Source: an uncultured Nitrososphaeraceae archaeon (GTDB lineage Archaea > Thermoproteota > Nitrososphaeria > Nitrososphaerales > Nitrososphaeraceae). Taken from it: a stretch of 64,000 bases of DNA. This document shows positions 1-11,987 of the stretch, piece by piece (the stretch's first letter is position 1; the number at the start of each line of letters is the position of its first letter). A program made the translations under genes and the position numbers. The notes under the pieces are model-generated. The model ran no database searches. It worked only from the letters and a program-made list of their open reading frames with translations, and was not told the DNA's origin. The stretch is from assembly GCA_963729045.1 (NCBI GenBank), contig CAVSMN010000021.1:64001-128000 (forward strand). Direction: 5' to 3'.

Positions 1-680
1 TGCATAAATTCTAATCGATGATCTAAAGACTACCGAATTACTCTATCTATTATTTAGAAGTGTGGATATCTCATTATTTTCACCGAACACCCTTAGGCCT
101 ATACAATAATATATCAAATTTGGACTATATGTATTGTATATTAATTACAGAAATCTGGCCCATCACCATATCAAAATTTTGTATGCATTAAAATCAAAAG
201 AGGTTAAACGACAGTATTCGATGATGCTTTCATGATTTTAGTAGGTTATGTTTCATAATGCTTCAAAAAAAGAAGTATACTGATACAATGGAAACTTACA
301 ACATCAGAAATATTCAAATCCTTCTCTCATTTATTGAACCAGACATAGAGAAATCCGGTCTTGAATCAAAACTTGGAGCCTATGATAAAGTAACTGAATT
401 TGATTTTGTTTTACTTTATCCAAATATCGTTTTAAAGAAAAACATATCGTCTGACACTATTAACTAGTGATTGTTGTGAGTTAGAATCAAATAACAAGGT
501 CCCAGAATTGGAACACATATTTCAATTCTGAACAAAAAGAAAAGGTATAGTGCCACTATTTTTGAGGACGATTTTAGAAAGAGGACTGGAAATATAAAAA
601 AGAAAATATATGACAAATTTCTACTCGAATTAGTAATCATATACATGACTTTATATACCCATATTCGTAATAAGTGCTGA

Positions 681-2511
681 ATGAGTAGCATTATCTAATG
701 TAAATACTCTGTCTTTAGTTATAGTTTCAATATCATTCATTTTACTTTTAGGTCCAACTTCAATGACCATGAATGTATTTGCTACAACCAATACAGCCAA
801 TCAAGGCATAGGCCAATCACAATCTGCAATCCAACTTGGTGTTTGTGTATCGGGGAACGGTACACTTTTTTCGTGTAATAATTCGAATACACAAAACCAA
901 GCAAACACTGGAAACAACGCATTAGTACAACAAGGTGGCAGTGGTAGTGGTGGCAATTCAGCCAATCAAGGCATAGGCCAATCACAAACCTCCAACCAAG
1001 GTAGTGGCGTAGCCTCTGGTGGCAACACTACTAATTCTGGAAACAACGCAAATACTCAAAACCAGACTAACACTGGAAACAACGCAGCAGCTCAAAGTGG
1101 CGGTAGTGGTAGTGGTGGCAATTCAGCCAACCAAGGCATAGGCCAATCACAAACCTCCAACCAAGGTAGTGGCGTAGTATCTGGTGGCAACACTGCTGGT
1201 TCCGGAAACAACGCAAACACACAAACTCAAAATAATACCGGTAGTAACGCTGTCGGACAACAAGGTGGCAGTGGTAGTGGTGGCAATTCAGCCAATCAAG
1301 GCATAGGCCAATCACAAACCTCCAACCAAGGTAGTGGCGTAGTATCTGGTGGCAACACAACTGATTCTGGAAACAACGCAAATACTCAAAGTCAAACAAA
1401 CACTGGAAACAACGCAGCAGCTCAACAAGGTGGTAGTGGTAGTGGTGGCAATTCAGCCAACCAAGGCATAGGCCAATCACAAACCTCCAACCAAGGTAGT
1501 GGCGTAGCCTCTGGTGGCAATACTGCTGGTTCCGGAAACAACGCAAATACTCAAACTCAAAATAATACCGGTAGTAACGCTGTCGGACAACAAGGTGGCA
1601 GTGGTAGTGGTGGCAATTCAGCCAATCAAGGCATAGGCCAATCACAATCCTCTAACCAAAACGCACAATGTGTTTCTGGTGGAAATACCGCAAATTCATG
1701 TAATAACACAAGTACTCAAAACCAAGCAAATAGTGGAAACAACGCAGCAGCTCAAAGTGGTGGCAGTGGTAGTGGTGGCAATTCAGCCAATCAAGGCATA
1801 GGCCAATCACAATCCTCTAACCAAAACGCACAATGTGTTGGTGGCGGAAACGTAGCTGATTCATGTAATAACACCAGTACTCAAAACCAAGCAAACAGCG
1901 GAAGCAATGCAGTAGGACAACAAGGTGGCAGTGGTAGTGGTGGCAATTCAGTGCCAATCAAGGCATAGGCCAATCACAATCCTCTAACCAAAACGCACAA
2001 TGTGTAGCAGGCGGCTCCTTAAGCAATTCATGCAGTAACAAAAATACACAAAGTCAAACAAACACTGGAAACAACGCAGCAGCTCAAAGTGGCGGTAGTG
2101 GTAGTGGTGGCAATTCAGCCAATCAAGGCATAGGCCAATCACAATCCTCTAACCAAAACGCACAATGTGTTTCTGGTAAAGATGCTATAGTATCTTGTGA
2201 CAATGAAAACTTCCAAAAACAAGTAAATAGTGGAAGCAACGCATTAGTACAACAAGGTGGCACGGGGTAACACTGCTAACCAAGGCATAGGACAATCACA
2301 AACATCCAACCAAGGTAGTGGCGCAGCATCTGGTGGCGACACAACTGATTCTGCAACCAGCGCAAACTCACAAAGTCAAGACAACAGTGGAAGCAATGCA
2401 GCAGCACAACAAGGAGGTAACGATGATATTGATAGCGGTGATAGCGGTGATAGCGGTGATAGCGGTGATAGCGGTGATAGCGGTGATGATGGAGGAAATT
2501 CATCTGACTGA
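681..2511 (+). CDS. Secreted Q/N/G/S-rich protein with 10 tandem 55-aa repeats and an acidic (DSG)6 tail; split by indels near 684, 1951 and 2265
   Basis: ORF 763-1968 holds 7 units (ANQGIGQSQ.SNQ....VSGG.....S[CG]NN...Q.Q.N.G.NA..Q.GGSGSGGNS). The repeat resumes in a shifted frame after a 2-nt insertion (tcagTGccaat), giving 2 more units, then ORF 2257-2511. In-frame sequence upstream of 763 reads VALSNVNTLSLVIVSISFILLLGPTSMTMNVFA (signal-peptide-like). ATG at 681 is one base out of frame, with a TATA-like TTTATATA at ~650-657. Confidence 0.8.
796..2410 (+). repeat. 165-nt coding tandem repeat (10 copies)
   Basis: gccaaYcaaggcataggccaatcacaa recurs at 796, 961, 1126, 1291, 1456, 1621, 1786, 1953 and 2118, with a variant at ~2275. 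Confidence 0.95.
2431..2484 (+). repeat. (GATAGCGGT)6 microsatellite encoding (DSG)6
   Basis: Six perfect 9-nt copies, read directly. Confidence 0.95.
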
Positions 2512-3048
2512 GGCATAAGCCAATCACAAACCTCCAACCAATACAGTGGCGCAGCATCTGGTAGCGTAACAACTAATTCTAGAAAAGACTTTATGATGCT
2601 GTGACCCTTATTCATCACATCAATATTTTCAATACTTTTGTTTCTGCCTAGGAAAGAAATACCGAAGTTGATTTTGAAATATTTGATAATATAACTGCTG
2701 GCGTTCCTTTCAGGATATCCCAAATATAAGTGATAAAGATGTTTAGACCAGAAGAGAAGGATTACCTAATGAAGGAATATTCTTAAATCAAAGGAGATAG
2801 TGAGACAACATCTGTCACTATTGAATAGGTTTTCGAATTTTTTGAATTTGGAGGATGTCTTGATGAAAGGTGATATCAACTTGTAAATCTTACTGGAAAC
2901 GACTCCGAATTACTCCTGAATACAAAACCACAAAAAAGATTGCAACTTCAACATTCGAGATATGCTATTTTACTATTTACCGACTCAGTTTCTGTTAACA
3001 TAGGACTATGCTGACCTCTTTTGATATTTCTTTGGTACTATTCCCTTG

Positions 3049-3618
3049 TCACTTTTCTAACGATGTATCTATTGTAAGTGTATTAGATACCTTTTCTGAA
3101 CCTTGAGTATTAGTCAAATAAACTTCCGCTTTGATTTTTTGTATTGATTTATCTGTAAAAGAAGTTGCAAATTGAATTATGCCTGATTGACCAACTACGT
3201 ATCCTTTTTGAATAGATGATGTTTTTAAAGGAGTTCCATCAGACAAATACACTTTCATAGTTCCTTTCATAGGGGTGTTTACCAATGATTGGTCATTTGT
3301 TTGATAATTAACAAGAACCTTAAGCTGATTAAAATTACTATCTGTCAGAGGAGCAAACTTTGCAGAGTCTAGTTGAATTGTTATCTTGTCCTGTGAGGTT
3401 GGAATATCAACCTTTTGTTGGGCTTGTGCGTATACATCGTTAATAATTCCAAAATTCTCACTATTTATGACAACAGATAGCGAAATTATCAACGTAATTG
3501 CAATAGTGATGATAGCAATTTTCGGGTTTGGGATAAAAATAAGCCGGTTGCAATTCTTGTCTATGGAGTTTATGGTTCTCATTAATACGTTTGATATACA
3601 TTCTACATTTACAGACAT
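3049..3618 (-). CDS. Secreted or membrane-anchored hypothetical protein
   Basis: 189-aa ORF; hydrophobic segment followed by VYA-QAQ, then a beta-rich domain; true start may be further downstream. Confidence 0.65.
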   Translation of the reverse strand: MSVNVECISNVLMRTINSIDKNCNRLIFIPNPKIAIITIAITLIISLSVVINSENFGIINDVYAQAQQKVDIPTSQDKITIQLDSAKFAPLTDSNFNQLKVLVNYQTNDQSLVNTPMKGTMKVYLSDGTPLKTSSIQKGYVVGQSGIIQFATSFTDKSIQKIKAEVYLTNTQGSEKVSNTLTIDTSLEK

Positions 3619-5054
3619 TAAATTAAGAGTAATACTATATTATATAGCCAATAATGCAAATATATAATTAAACATAATTAGAACAAAAAGAGATCGTCCT
3701 TTTTTCTTTTATTTTCTTCTCTTCAGGTATTATGGTTTTAAGATATTTAACAATTAATCAATTGCATTGATTCGTATTTCTATGCAGAATTTCATTCATA
3801 AAATAATCTACCAATCCTTTGAAAATATCTCATCTTGATAAAAATAGTGCTTTCTAGATAATTACAAATCTACTAGTACACATAGATATCAGTTAACAAT
3901 TATTAGTGACTGCTTGGTTTAATCCAAAATAACTATGTTATCATATTGAAATAAAAAATAGAAAATCAATAGGGGATTAAATTAAAGCTTGCTTCGTATA
4001 ACCTGAAATATTCTTTTTCTAGCTAATATGCCCACAGAAATTGATATAAACAGTACCCATAGACCTACCATCGTGGATTCTGAATACTCTATCACTTTCT
4101 ATTTAGTATGCTAGTATAATTATATGTTTTATCCTCTCTTGTGAATCTATTCATATTAAAAAAGTATTTATTATTTTTTGAGATCCAATTACTGCAATAC
4201 TTGTTCGATAATTATTAATAACTTAATCTTGCCTTTGCAAATTTTACCCACATAAAGATTGTAAGATTTATAAAATATATTTTCTTGATTCCGTCATGTT
4301 ATATAAATAAATCATTTACCAGATAAAATATGTATTTTCCCACCCTTCATTCAGAGGTTGGTATCATTGATTATACCCTTAATCGATTTCAGATACTGGT
4401 AATCCGTCTATACAAACCAGCAATATCTATTTCATCCTGTCTTATGTACTACATAGTAGAAAAATTAAATGTCACACTTTAATAGCCACGCATAGATACC
4501 AAAGGTAACAAATAAATCCAATGTGCATTTTTTTAGATTTGGAACTCACAATTCTAATCCATCAATATGCTATCTATAGAACTTGTGGCTGAATTGAAAA
4601 TAACTATGTAGTTATTTTAATTATTAGTAACATCATGTACTCAATCACCTACTTTGAAAAATTATTTTGCAGAACCTTATGAGACAAAAGCCTCTAATAC
4701 CAAATTGGAAGATACATCTTTTTTTTGATTTGACCTCATCAACAAAAACTCTGTTTTCTATTTAATTTATGAGATAAATATTTCGATAATCTGAAAAATC
4801 TTCGAGTATAGTTCTTTTAGATTGATTATCGTTAACTTGTATCCTGCCTTAAATTAAATTCAAATAGAAAATATCGAAAATTAAGATAGATGCTTATTTC
4901 ATTGTGATCTCCGGTACTAACACCTTCCATATTGATTCAAAACAATCTTATTATTTATTAGAATAAATTACTCGTCATTTAGTATAGAGAAAAATTGCAG
5001 TATCAAGTGTCTAAACTGTGATATTGGTAATTTCACTTATAAATTATAATTACA

Positions 5055-5327
5055 ATGAGTAACATAACAAAAAACTATAAGGTTGGACTTTTTGCAATGT
5101 TTATCGCAGCTGCTTTAATAGGTTCAGTAGTAGCATTTGGAGATAACATGGCATATGCAGGCGGAAAACACAAAAAATCTAATGACGCAGAACAGGCAAT
5201 TGAACAAGACCAAGAGAACGAACAGAATGCACAATGTGTGTCTGGTGAATTTACAATAGCTGGATGCAACAACTTAGGCTTCATGTTCCAAAACAACGAA
5301 GGTAACTTAGCCTTAGGTCAAAGATAG
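5055..5327 (+). CDS. Small secreted protein: signal peptide + one Q/N-rich repeat unit (Cys pair)
   Basis: Signal peptide ending AYA, then KKSNDAEQAIEQDQENEQNAQCVSGEFTIAGCNN...QNNEGNLALGQ, homologous to the 763 repeat; T-tract after the stop. Confidence 0.85.
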   Translation: MSNITKNYKVGLFAMFIAAALIGSVVAFGDNMAYAGGKHKKSNDAEQAIEQDQENEQNAQCVSGEFTIAGCNNLGFMFQNNEGNLALGQR

Positions 5328-5635
5328 ACCTCTTTTTTTTGCTTTTATTAAGATAATATTTAAAAAGTAATTATTAAAATTGGTAAAACTTCGTGCAATC
5401 CAAGTTGATATTATCTTCCAATTTATCTTACTTATTTCCAAAGATTAAATTTGTTAGTAAATACTAAAATATTCTAATTAAGCAAGAGATCTAATGAAGC
5501 AGAATTTCAGAGATAGAATTTGATAGATTGTTTGTAAATATGTATAGACAATAATGGAATAAGCATAGGATACTAACGGTCTTGTGAAGATATACTATAT
5601 AGTTTCTTAATATACTATTAGTCAAAAGAAGATAT

Positions 5636-7153
5636 ATGAATCCTAATACTAAATTAAATAAAAATAACCATATTACAAATACCAATACCAATGATGATCA
5701 TGTCAAACCTCAATTAATGGAAACCTATATTGATGCCTTTGCTTCTTCAATCGAATTCTATTCTAGGGTAAACCGAGCGTTTATTGACGCCTTCTCTGTG
5801 CCATTAATTGATGCGAGAGAAGATCTAAAAGAAATAAAAAAGGAAGCCATAGCTGGAAAGGACTTGATGTTTAATAGCTATGATAAACAACAAGAAATCT
5901 ACGATAAATCTGAAAAAATAATACTTTCTAAAATACGTAATAAATTTGATACAAACTTTAGAGATAAAACATTTGTGGCATCTCTTTCAGAATTTATTAA
6001 AAGCTATTGCGACCTTGCAAAAATTACAGGTACTGGATTGATATATCAATATATCTCCAATGTAAACTCCTTTTGGAATACTGAATTTATCGAACCTTTG
6101 AGAGACGTAATATATAGAACCCCATCTCACAAAATCCACTCTGAAAACAAATATTCTCTGTTTCATTATGATTTGCCTCAAGAAAATAATGATAGACAAA
6201 AAAACGATGAAGATAAGATTGTTAAAAAGAGGATATCAGGTACAAAACTAACAACTGGTGGATATACTACACCTGTTTCTACACCACTACTGATTATCTA
6301 TGCCTTTATTAACAGAAATTACATACTTGACCTTCTTCCCGATTCGAGTATCGTTAGAAATTTTCAAAAACAAGGCTTTGATGTATTTACAACAGATTGG
6401 GGGACTCCAAGTGCATATGATAAGGAATTAACTGTGGGACATTATGTGAACCATTATCTTACCGACGCAATCGATCACATATTAGAGCATTCAAATTCTA
6501 AAAAGGTTTCATTATTGGGTTATTGTTGGGGAGGTGACCTGGCTCTTATGCTAACAGCACTCCATCCTGAAAAAATAAAGAATATAGTGACTTTTGCAAC
6601 ACCAGGTGATTTTAGCATTGATAATAATCTTTTAAGTGTGTGGACAAAAAGTATAAACGCAGATTCTATTGTAGATACTTTTGGTAATACGCCTAGTGGG
6701 TTTATTAACAGTTCATTTTTGCTAAGAAGTCCAATAGATTTTCTGCACAAATATCCTCACTTTTTCTTTGAGGGAAAACCTAAGGACATGGATTCTATAA
6801 TCCAATTCTTTGCAACAGAGACTTGGCTGTATGATAGTCCTCCTATAATAGGTGAGATATACAAACAATTCGTAAATGACTGTTATAAGAAAAATCTACT
6901 AATAAAAAATGAAATGATAATAGGGAAAAATGATAAGATTGATTTGAGTAAAATTAAACAGCCTTTCTTAAATGTAATAGCAAAGAGGGATGATTTGGTT
7001 GATCCTGCATCAAGTAGAGCGATAAATAATGCGATAGGAAGTTTAGACAAATCGACTATAGAATTCAATTCAGGTCATGTTGGTGCCTGCATAAGTTCTA
7101 GGGCACATGAACAGTTATGGCCCAAGGTAGGCGACTGGTTAAAGAGCAGATAA
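5636..7153 (+). CDS. phaC: Class III poly(3-hydroxyalkanoate) synthase PhaC with a long N-terminal (possibly PhaE-like) extension
   Basis: PLLIIYAFINRNYILDL, TTDWG, lipase box GYCWGG, DDLV (Asp) and GHVG (His). Confidence 0.9.
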   Translation: MNPNTKLNKNNHITNTNTNDDHVKPQLMETYIDAFASSIEFYSRVNRAFIDAFSVPLIDAREDLKEIKKEAIAGKDLMFNSYDKQQEIYDKSEKIILSKIRNKFDTNFRDKTFVASLSEFIKSYCDLAKITGTGLIYQYISNVNSFWNTEFIEPLRDVIYRTPSHKIHSENKYSLFHYDLPQENNDRQKNDEDKIVKKRISGTKLTTGGYTTPVSTPLLIIYAFINRNYILDLLPDSSIVRNFQKQGFDVFTTDWGTPSAYDKELTVGHYVNHYLTDAIDHILEHSNSKKVSLLGYCWGGDLALMLTALHPEKIKNIVTFATPGDFSIDNNLLSVWTKSINADSIVDTFGNTPSGFINSSFLLRSPIDFLHKYPHFFFEGKPKDMDSIIQFFATETWLYDSPPIIGEIYKQFVNDCYKKNLLIKNEMIIGKNDKIDLSKIKQPFLNVIAKRDDLVDPASSRAINNAIGSLDKSTIEFNSGHVGACISSRAHEQLWPKVGDWLKSR

Positions 7154-7519
7154 TGACAAATAAGGACATTCGCTTAGTTCTTGGACTAGGGCAATTTATC
7201 CTTCTTGATTGACTTGCCTTCCCGTAACGACTCACTAATCAGACGAGGGGAGATACTTTTCTCACATGATTTCCTTGACATATGCGGCTAGTCAAATGCT
7301 TAAGTGGATAAATCCTATTTGTGGTATTTGCTTTTCTATGTAAGATATATATCATGCAATTCGTTCAAAGATTGATACGACAATTTTGTTATAATGATGA
7401 ATTACGGTAAGACTTAACTATGTACAAAATGACTGTATTTGCTGGATTTCCAAATGACAAATAGAAAAATAAAAATTAGAAACAGAACTATTATTAAGTT
7501 TATTTAATACAATATTTTT

Positions 7520-7899
7520 TCAGGCTGTGGAGTTGGTCTCATTTATGGTTATTAACGACACATTGTCTGAATTTTCGTTAGTCACATAGATATTACCATT
7601 ACTTGGGTTGTCATTCTAAAGTTGCGGACTTTATCTGTTTACTGCAGTCAATATGTATGGATCACTTTGTTGGTACCGCTATCTATTACAGATATATCTC
7701 CTGAATTAAAATTGGATACATAGATATTACCATTACTTGGGTTGTACTCCATATTCTGTGGAGACTCTCCCACTTTGATAGTAATCATTGTCGATTGTGC
7801 CCATACTTTCCAGGTATTCAAAAAAGTAGGAGACAAAACAATTGCCATCAGCAAAACAATATAACATATATATCTAGAAATAGATTTTTTATCTTTCAA
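7520..7899 (-). pseudogene. Short or frameshifted YVTN/YncE-type beta-propeller repeat protein
   Basis: Signal peptide, IKVGESPQNMEYNPSNGNIYVSNFNSGDISVID; a second NPSNGNIYVTN copy lies out of frame at ~7575-7610. Confidence 0.65.
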
Positions 7900-8316
7900 T
7901 TCCTCTTGTTTTTCAGGTAATCACATAAACAGATTGATAAGTTTTTTATACACTTTCATAAAATTTCTGTTCTTCGTATTAACCTCGTTAGCTTAAGGAT
8001 GTTTTTACATGGATTTATACAATTCAAAACCAGTAAAGGCGGCGGATGAAACCGTGTATAATCAAGTGGTGCTAATTCCTGTTCTATCTTTAAACAAGAG
8101 CAATCCAAAAATGATTATCATAAACTCGCAATTTAGACTCCTCAGGGTAGTACAAATAAGTCTTATTTGAGTAGCAGCTTGCAATAAAGTTGGAGATTAA
8201 AATTGAGAATATTTTAGCATAATTTAGTAGTTATTACCTCCTATTCAATGCATGAAAACTTGTTGGACTGATAAGTCAAAAAGCAATTTTATATATTATC
8301 ATTCATTGTTATTGAT

Positions 8317-8860
8317 ATGCAACCTATAATATTATTTATTATAATACTATTTAGTGCAAGTATGTTATTACAAAATGACAAAGAGGCATTCAGTCAACCA
8401 TATCAAAATGAAAATGAAACTGCAAATCACGATTTCAAGACGTTAGTAACGAACTCCTTGAATTTTTCTGCATCCAGTATATCAAGCATACTCAGGAATC
8501 TTCCTAGGAACTAAAAATTTATCATCCGGTCCACCTATAATAAGCGAAGATTATGCTATCGAAAAAGCAGTTATGAAAAACGTGGGCAATGTAACCAATA
8601 ATATGACCTTCATAAATACTCATTTATCAGATGGTACAATTCAGAGCGCAGCCAAGGGAGTGATTACATCTGAAGACGGACAGAGCATTAGTTGGATCTC
8701 TTCAGATATTGGAATGATTAATGACCAAGGTGAATTGTTTCATGGAATTGTCCAATTTGATAGTACAAATAGTTCAAGTTTCTCATTTCTAAATAATGCC
8801 ACAGGTATGGACAAACAGACTCCAGAGATTAAAAGGACAATTTGGTTAATTGAGAAGTAG
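8317..8860 (+). CDS. Secreted hypothetical protein (frameshifted near 8500)
   Basis: Signal-peptide ORF 8317-8514 followed by ORF 8573-8860 on the same strand. Confidence 0.55.
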
Positions 8861-9804
8861 ATGGAATGGTGTGGAGGGTAAACAACCCAGTAAATGAGTT
8901 AGTTGACATGTCTCTAGACCGCGTTAATATCCTATGATCATATTTGTCTGACATGCTTTTATTTTATTCTTATGCTCTATGATTCTGTTAGTTTTCCTTA
9001 CAATCTTTTAATTCTTTTTTAATTCTTTGTTTCTGTTTCTAGAATTTGATTAATCTACAATATGTATAGATGGTAGTTGTCATAGTAACAAGGTCTTGAT
9101 TAGGAATATTTCATTATCATTGTTGATAATTGGCATAATCTCAATTACAATTGCTCTCATCTTAATAGTTTATAAATTAACAAAGAATGTAAGAACGGTT
9201 ATTATCAACTTTATAAATACTGAATTGGCTATTCCTCGACTGAAAAAATTATTCATATAGTGGAGATAAAATAGCGACCTTAAGGATCGATGTTATGTTA
9301 AAAGTAGTCTTGAAATTAGAACATATTTCGCACAGTGAAGTATTTCCGATATCCGAAAATGGTTTATGTGTATTCTTCTCCATTGAAATGATTATTCATT
9401 CGAAGGCTGTGGGATCCGTATATTATGGGTGGCAACATTATGTCAAATTTGTTTTACATGCCACCAAACGCCCAATTGTATATCTCTGATAGGGGATTTT
9501 ATCTAAAAGATTTTAACATGTCCCAAAAATCTCAAACAAAAAAAAACAAGAGCTCATTTGTCAGAGAATAATAATGATTATGCCGTTAAACTATTCGCAT
9601 TGTCTATTTGCCGAGAGTTTATAATGATGTCACCTGACAGGTCAACAATTCAAACTACATTACAAGGTATGAAGTATCTGGGATAATGCCCTTCTCTGAT
9701 TAATTCATAATTCATAACAACGGTTTAAAAAGTTGAATAACAGGACAATAGAATTCCGATTTGTTTAAATATAGGTTTCAAGAAATTTCCAACGATTCAC
9801 ATTA

Positions 9805-11078
9805 ATGTCTGGAATTTTTCTCACAAGTGCGATAATTCTGGTATTCATATCTCTTATTCTAGGTAATATTATACCTGGTTATTCAATCGACAACACATAC
9901 CAAACATGGTGCACACATGTCGATGCAGAACCAACAGAATACTAACATAGAAGAGCATGGTGTGTTAGTCAATAATTCATCTAATTCATATGCAGAACAA
10001 ATTATGACATCATGCCAAGATGATGACGATCCATTGTCCTATGATGGCCCTAGACGAACTCAATAAAACAGTAAGCCGTCAATTGGTTTTAGGAACTTTT
10101 TCGGATCTTGTTCAGCTATATGATAAAAACAATTATTCTTGTCATCATGAGGGTCATCACTTGGAATGTGGTTGAATGATTATACAGGAAATTTAAAAGA
10201 GGCACTCAATTATGCTACAGTACTCTGTGGAGGTTCAGTTTACCATGGAATCTTTCAAAGCTATTTTGGGGGAGAACAATTTGTTCACAATGTAGATAAA
10301 AACCAGATCATGATTACACATCTTTGTCCTATAGGCCAGGAAAACGTCACTTGGCTACACGAACGGGACTGCATCCATGGAATAGGACATGGTTTAGTGA
10401 AATTATACAATTACAACACTACTGCTGCAGTTGATCGTTGTAATGAGTTTATACCACTATGGGCACAGAGTGCATGTTCAAGAGGTGTATTTATGGAAAA
10501 CACTGATTATTTCCTCGAAACAGGAAAAGGCGATTTTGACAAAAATGATCATTTATTCCCCTTGTAACAGAACCGTTGAAAAATTTGCACCTCAGTGCTA
10601 TTACTATTACCCGGAGTATAATTTGATAAAAAACAATCTTACCCTCGGATACAATCTCACAGATTATTTGCTCAATGCGATAATATATCTCCAGACAAAT
10701 TTGTCAAATATTGTTATCAAGGTATTGGCAGGATGTTAGCACCATTTGCCTACGCAAATCCAGAACCATCAATTGCGGCTTGTTATGTTGGAAATCAGCC
10801 AACCTATCATGATGATTGTTTGATAGGGACGCTGAAGACAATCCTGAAGACGGATGCAAAAACAGACGTTGGGGTCAAGTTCTGCAGTCTTTCAAAACAA
10901 GATTTTAAGGCGGCATGTTACGAAATAGTAGGAATGTGGATTAAGGCGTTCCTCTATCCTAACAAACAAGAATTAGTAAAGCGAATGTGCGAAGGCGCCT
11001 GATGTTGATTATGTTATCAATTGCATAAATGCAAATCCCAAGACTAGCAGAGATGTTCCTATGTTTGAACCAGTCTAA
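9805..11078 (+). CDS. Secreted Cys/His-rich repeat protein (CHxxGHxxG / CxHGxGHG motifs), multiply frameshifted
   Basis: Signal peptide from ATG 9805; CHHEGHHLG at ~10140, CIHGIGHG, CSRGVFM and CYYY across consecutive ORF fragments. Confidence 0.65.
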
Positions 11079-11319
11079 TTAGTGGCAAGTGGTGATGCAA
11101 GCGGCTGTTGTCCGGAATAACCACTAGACCATGAGAATTGATCTAAACCCACAACATTAGACAATTATTTTTTCTCATTTTATCTCTTCTTCTCATTAGA
11201 TGGTCAAACTGGAGATCATTTAATTTGAACCTCTATATTCCTCACAATATTTTAGATACATCGGAAATCTTTTTTGATAAATACCAAAATTTAAGGCTTA
11301 TCGTTTTCATGTCGTCTAT

Positions 11320-11530
11320 ATGAGTGCGACTGGAATCATGACAACCGTGAATACAAGCAATGATGAAAGTGTGTCCTGTTTTGATAGAGGAGTTATTGAG
11401 GGAGAAGGCCACCCATTAGTCAAAGAACTTTAGATAATTGTGGCGATGACAATTACCAAGGATCTATTCAAAGGTCATATCAATAGAAAGAAACAGTAGA
11501 GATTCGTGTGAAAATGCTACAGATGGTTAA
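11320..11530 (+). pseudogene. Degraded small Cys-containing protein (…CFDRG…DNCGDD.YQG…NSRDSCENATD)
   Basis: Manual translation across frames; C-terminus resembles a small-protein motif I recall from Nitrososphaeraceae (not verified). Confidence 0.35.
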
Positions 11531-11987
11531 ACGCCTTTGTAGATAATAATTATAATAGATTGAGATTAAGGCATTGTTAAATTGATATTCAATAAAGATC
11601 CATTATTTGTTAATGTGATATTTAGACCATATCGATGCTTGTAATTAAATGAAGTAGTATTGAGTTTGATGTTTTGAGTAATTTTTTACTGCACTTAAAT
11701 ATTTTAGATGATGTTTATTTTATGATTGCAAAATTGACTTGATACCTTTATCAGTGGCGGATATTCCTGTGATTGACCCAATCCCTTATTCCGCAAGGAA
11801 CTTAATCCCACCGAACTAGATACCCATGTTAGTAATGATAGTTATTAAATTAATAATAAAAAGTCATAAATCAATGACATATAAAAAAAGTCAAAAATTT
11901 ATGATAATCTCAATAATTAATCAGTTATCTATTCAGTCTTCTTTTGATATAGGGAAGTTGAATACACTAAATATTATTTTATCTGCT

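Noticed and set aside
763..2511. Ice-nucleation protein or bona fide curlin (CsgA) assignment
   Set aside because: The period is 55 aa and lacks the AGYGST octamer and the curlin QxGxxNxAxxxQ spacing; similarity is compositional only
782..2723. Cys/His/Arg-rich antisense and alternate-frame ORFs (782-985, 1067-1645, 2276-2572, 2318-2518, 2376-2723)
   Set aside because: Shadows of the + strand repeat gene
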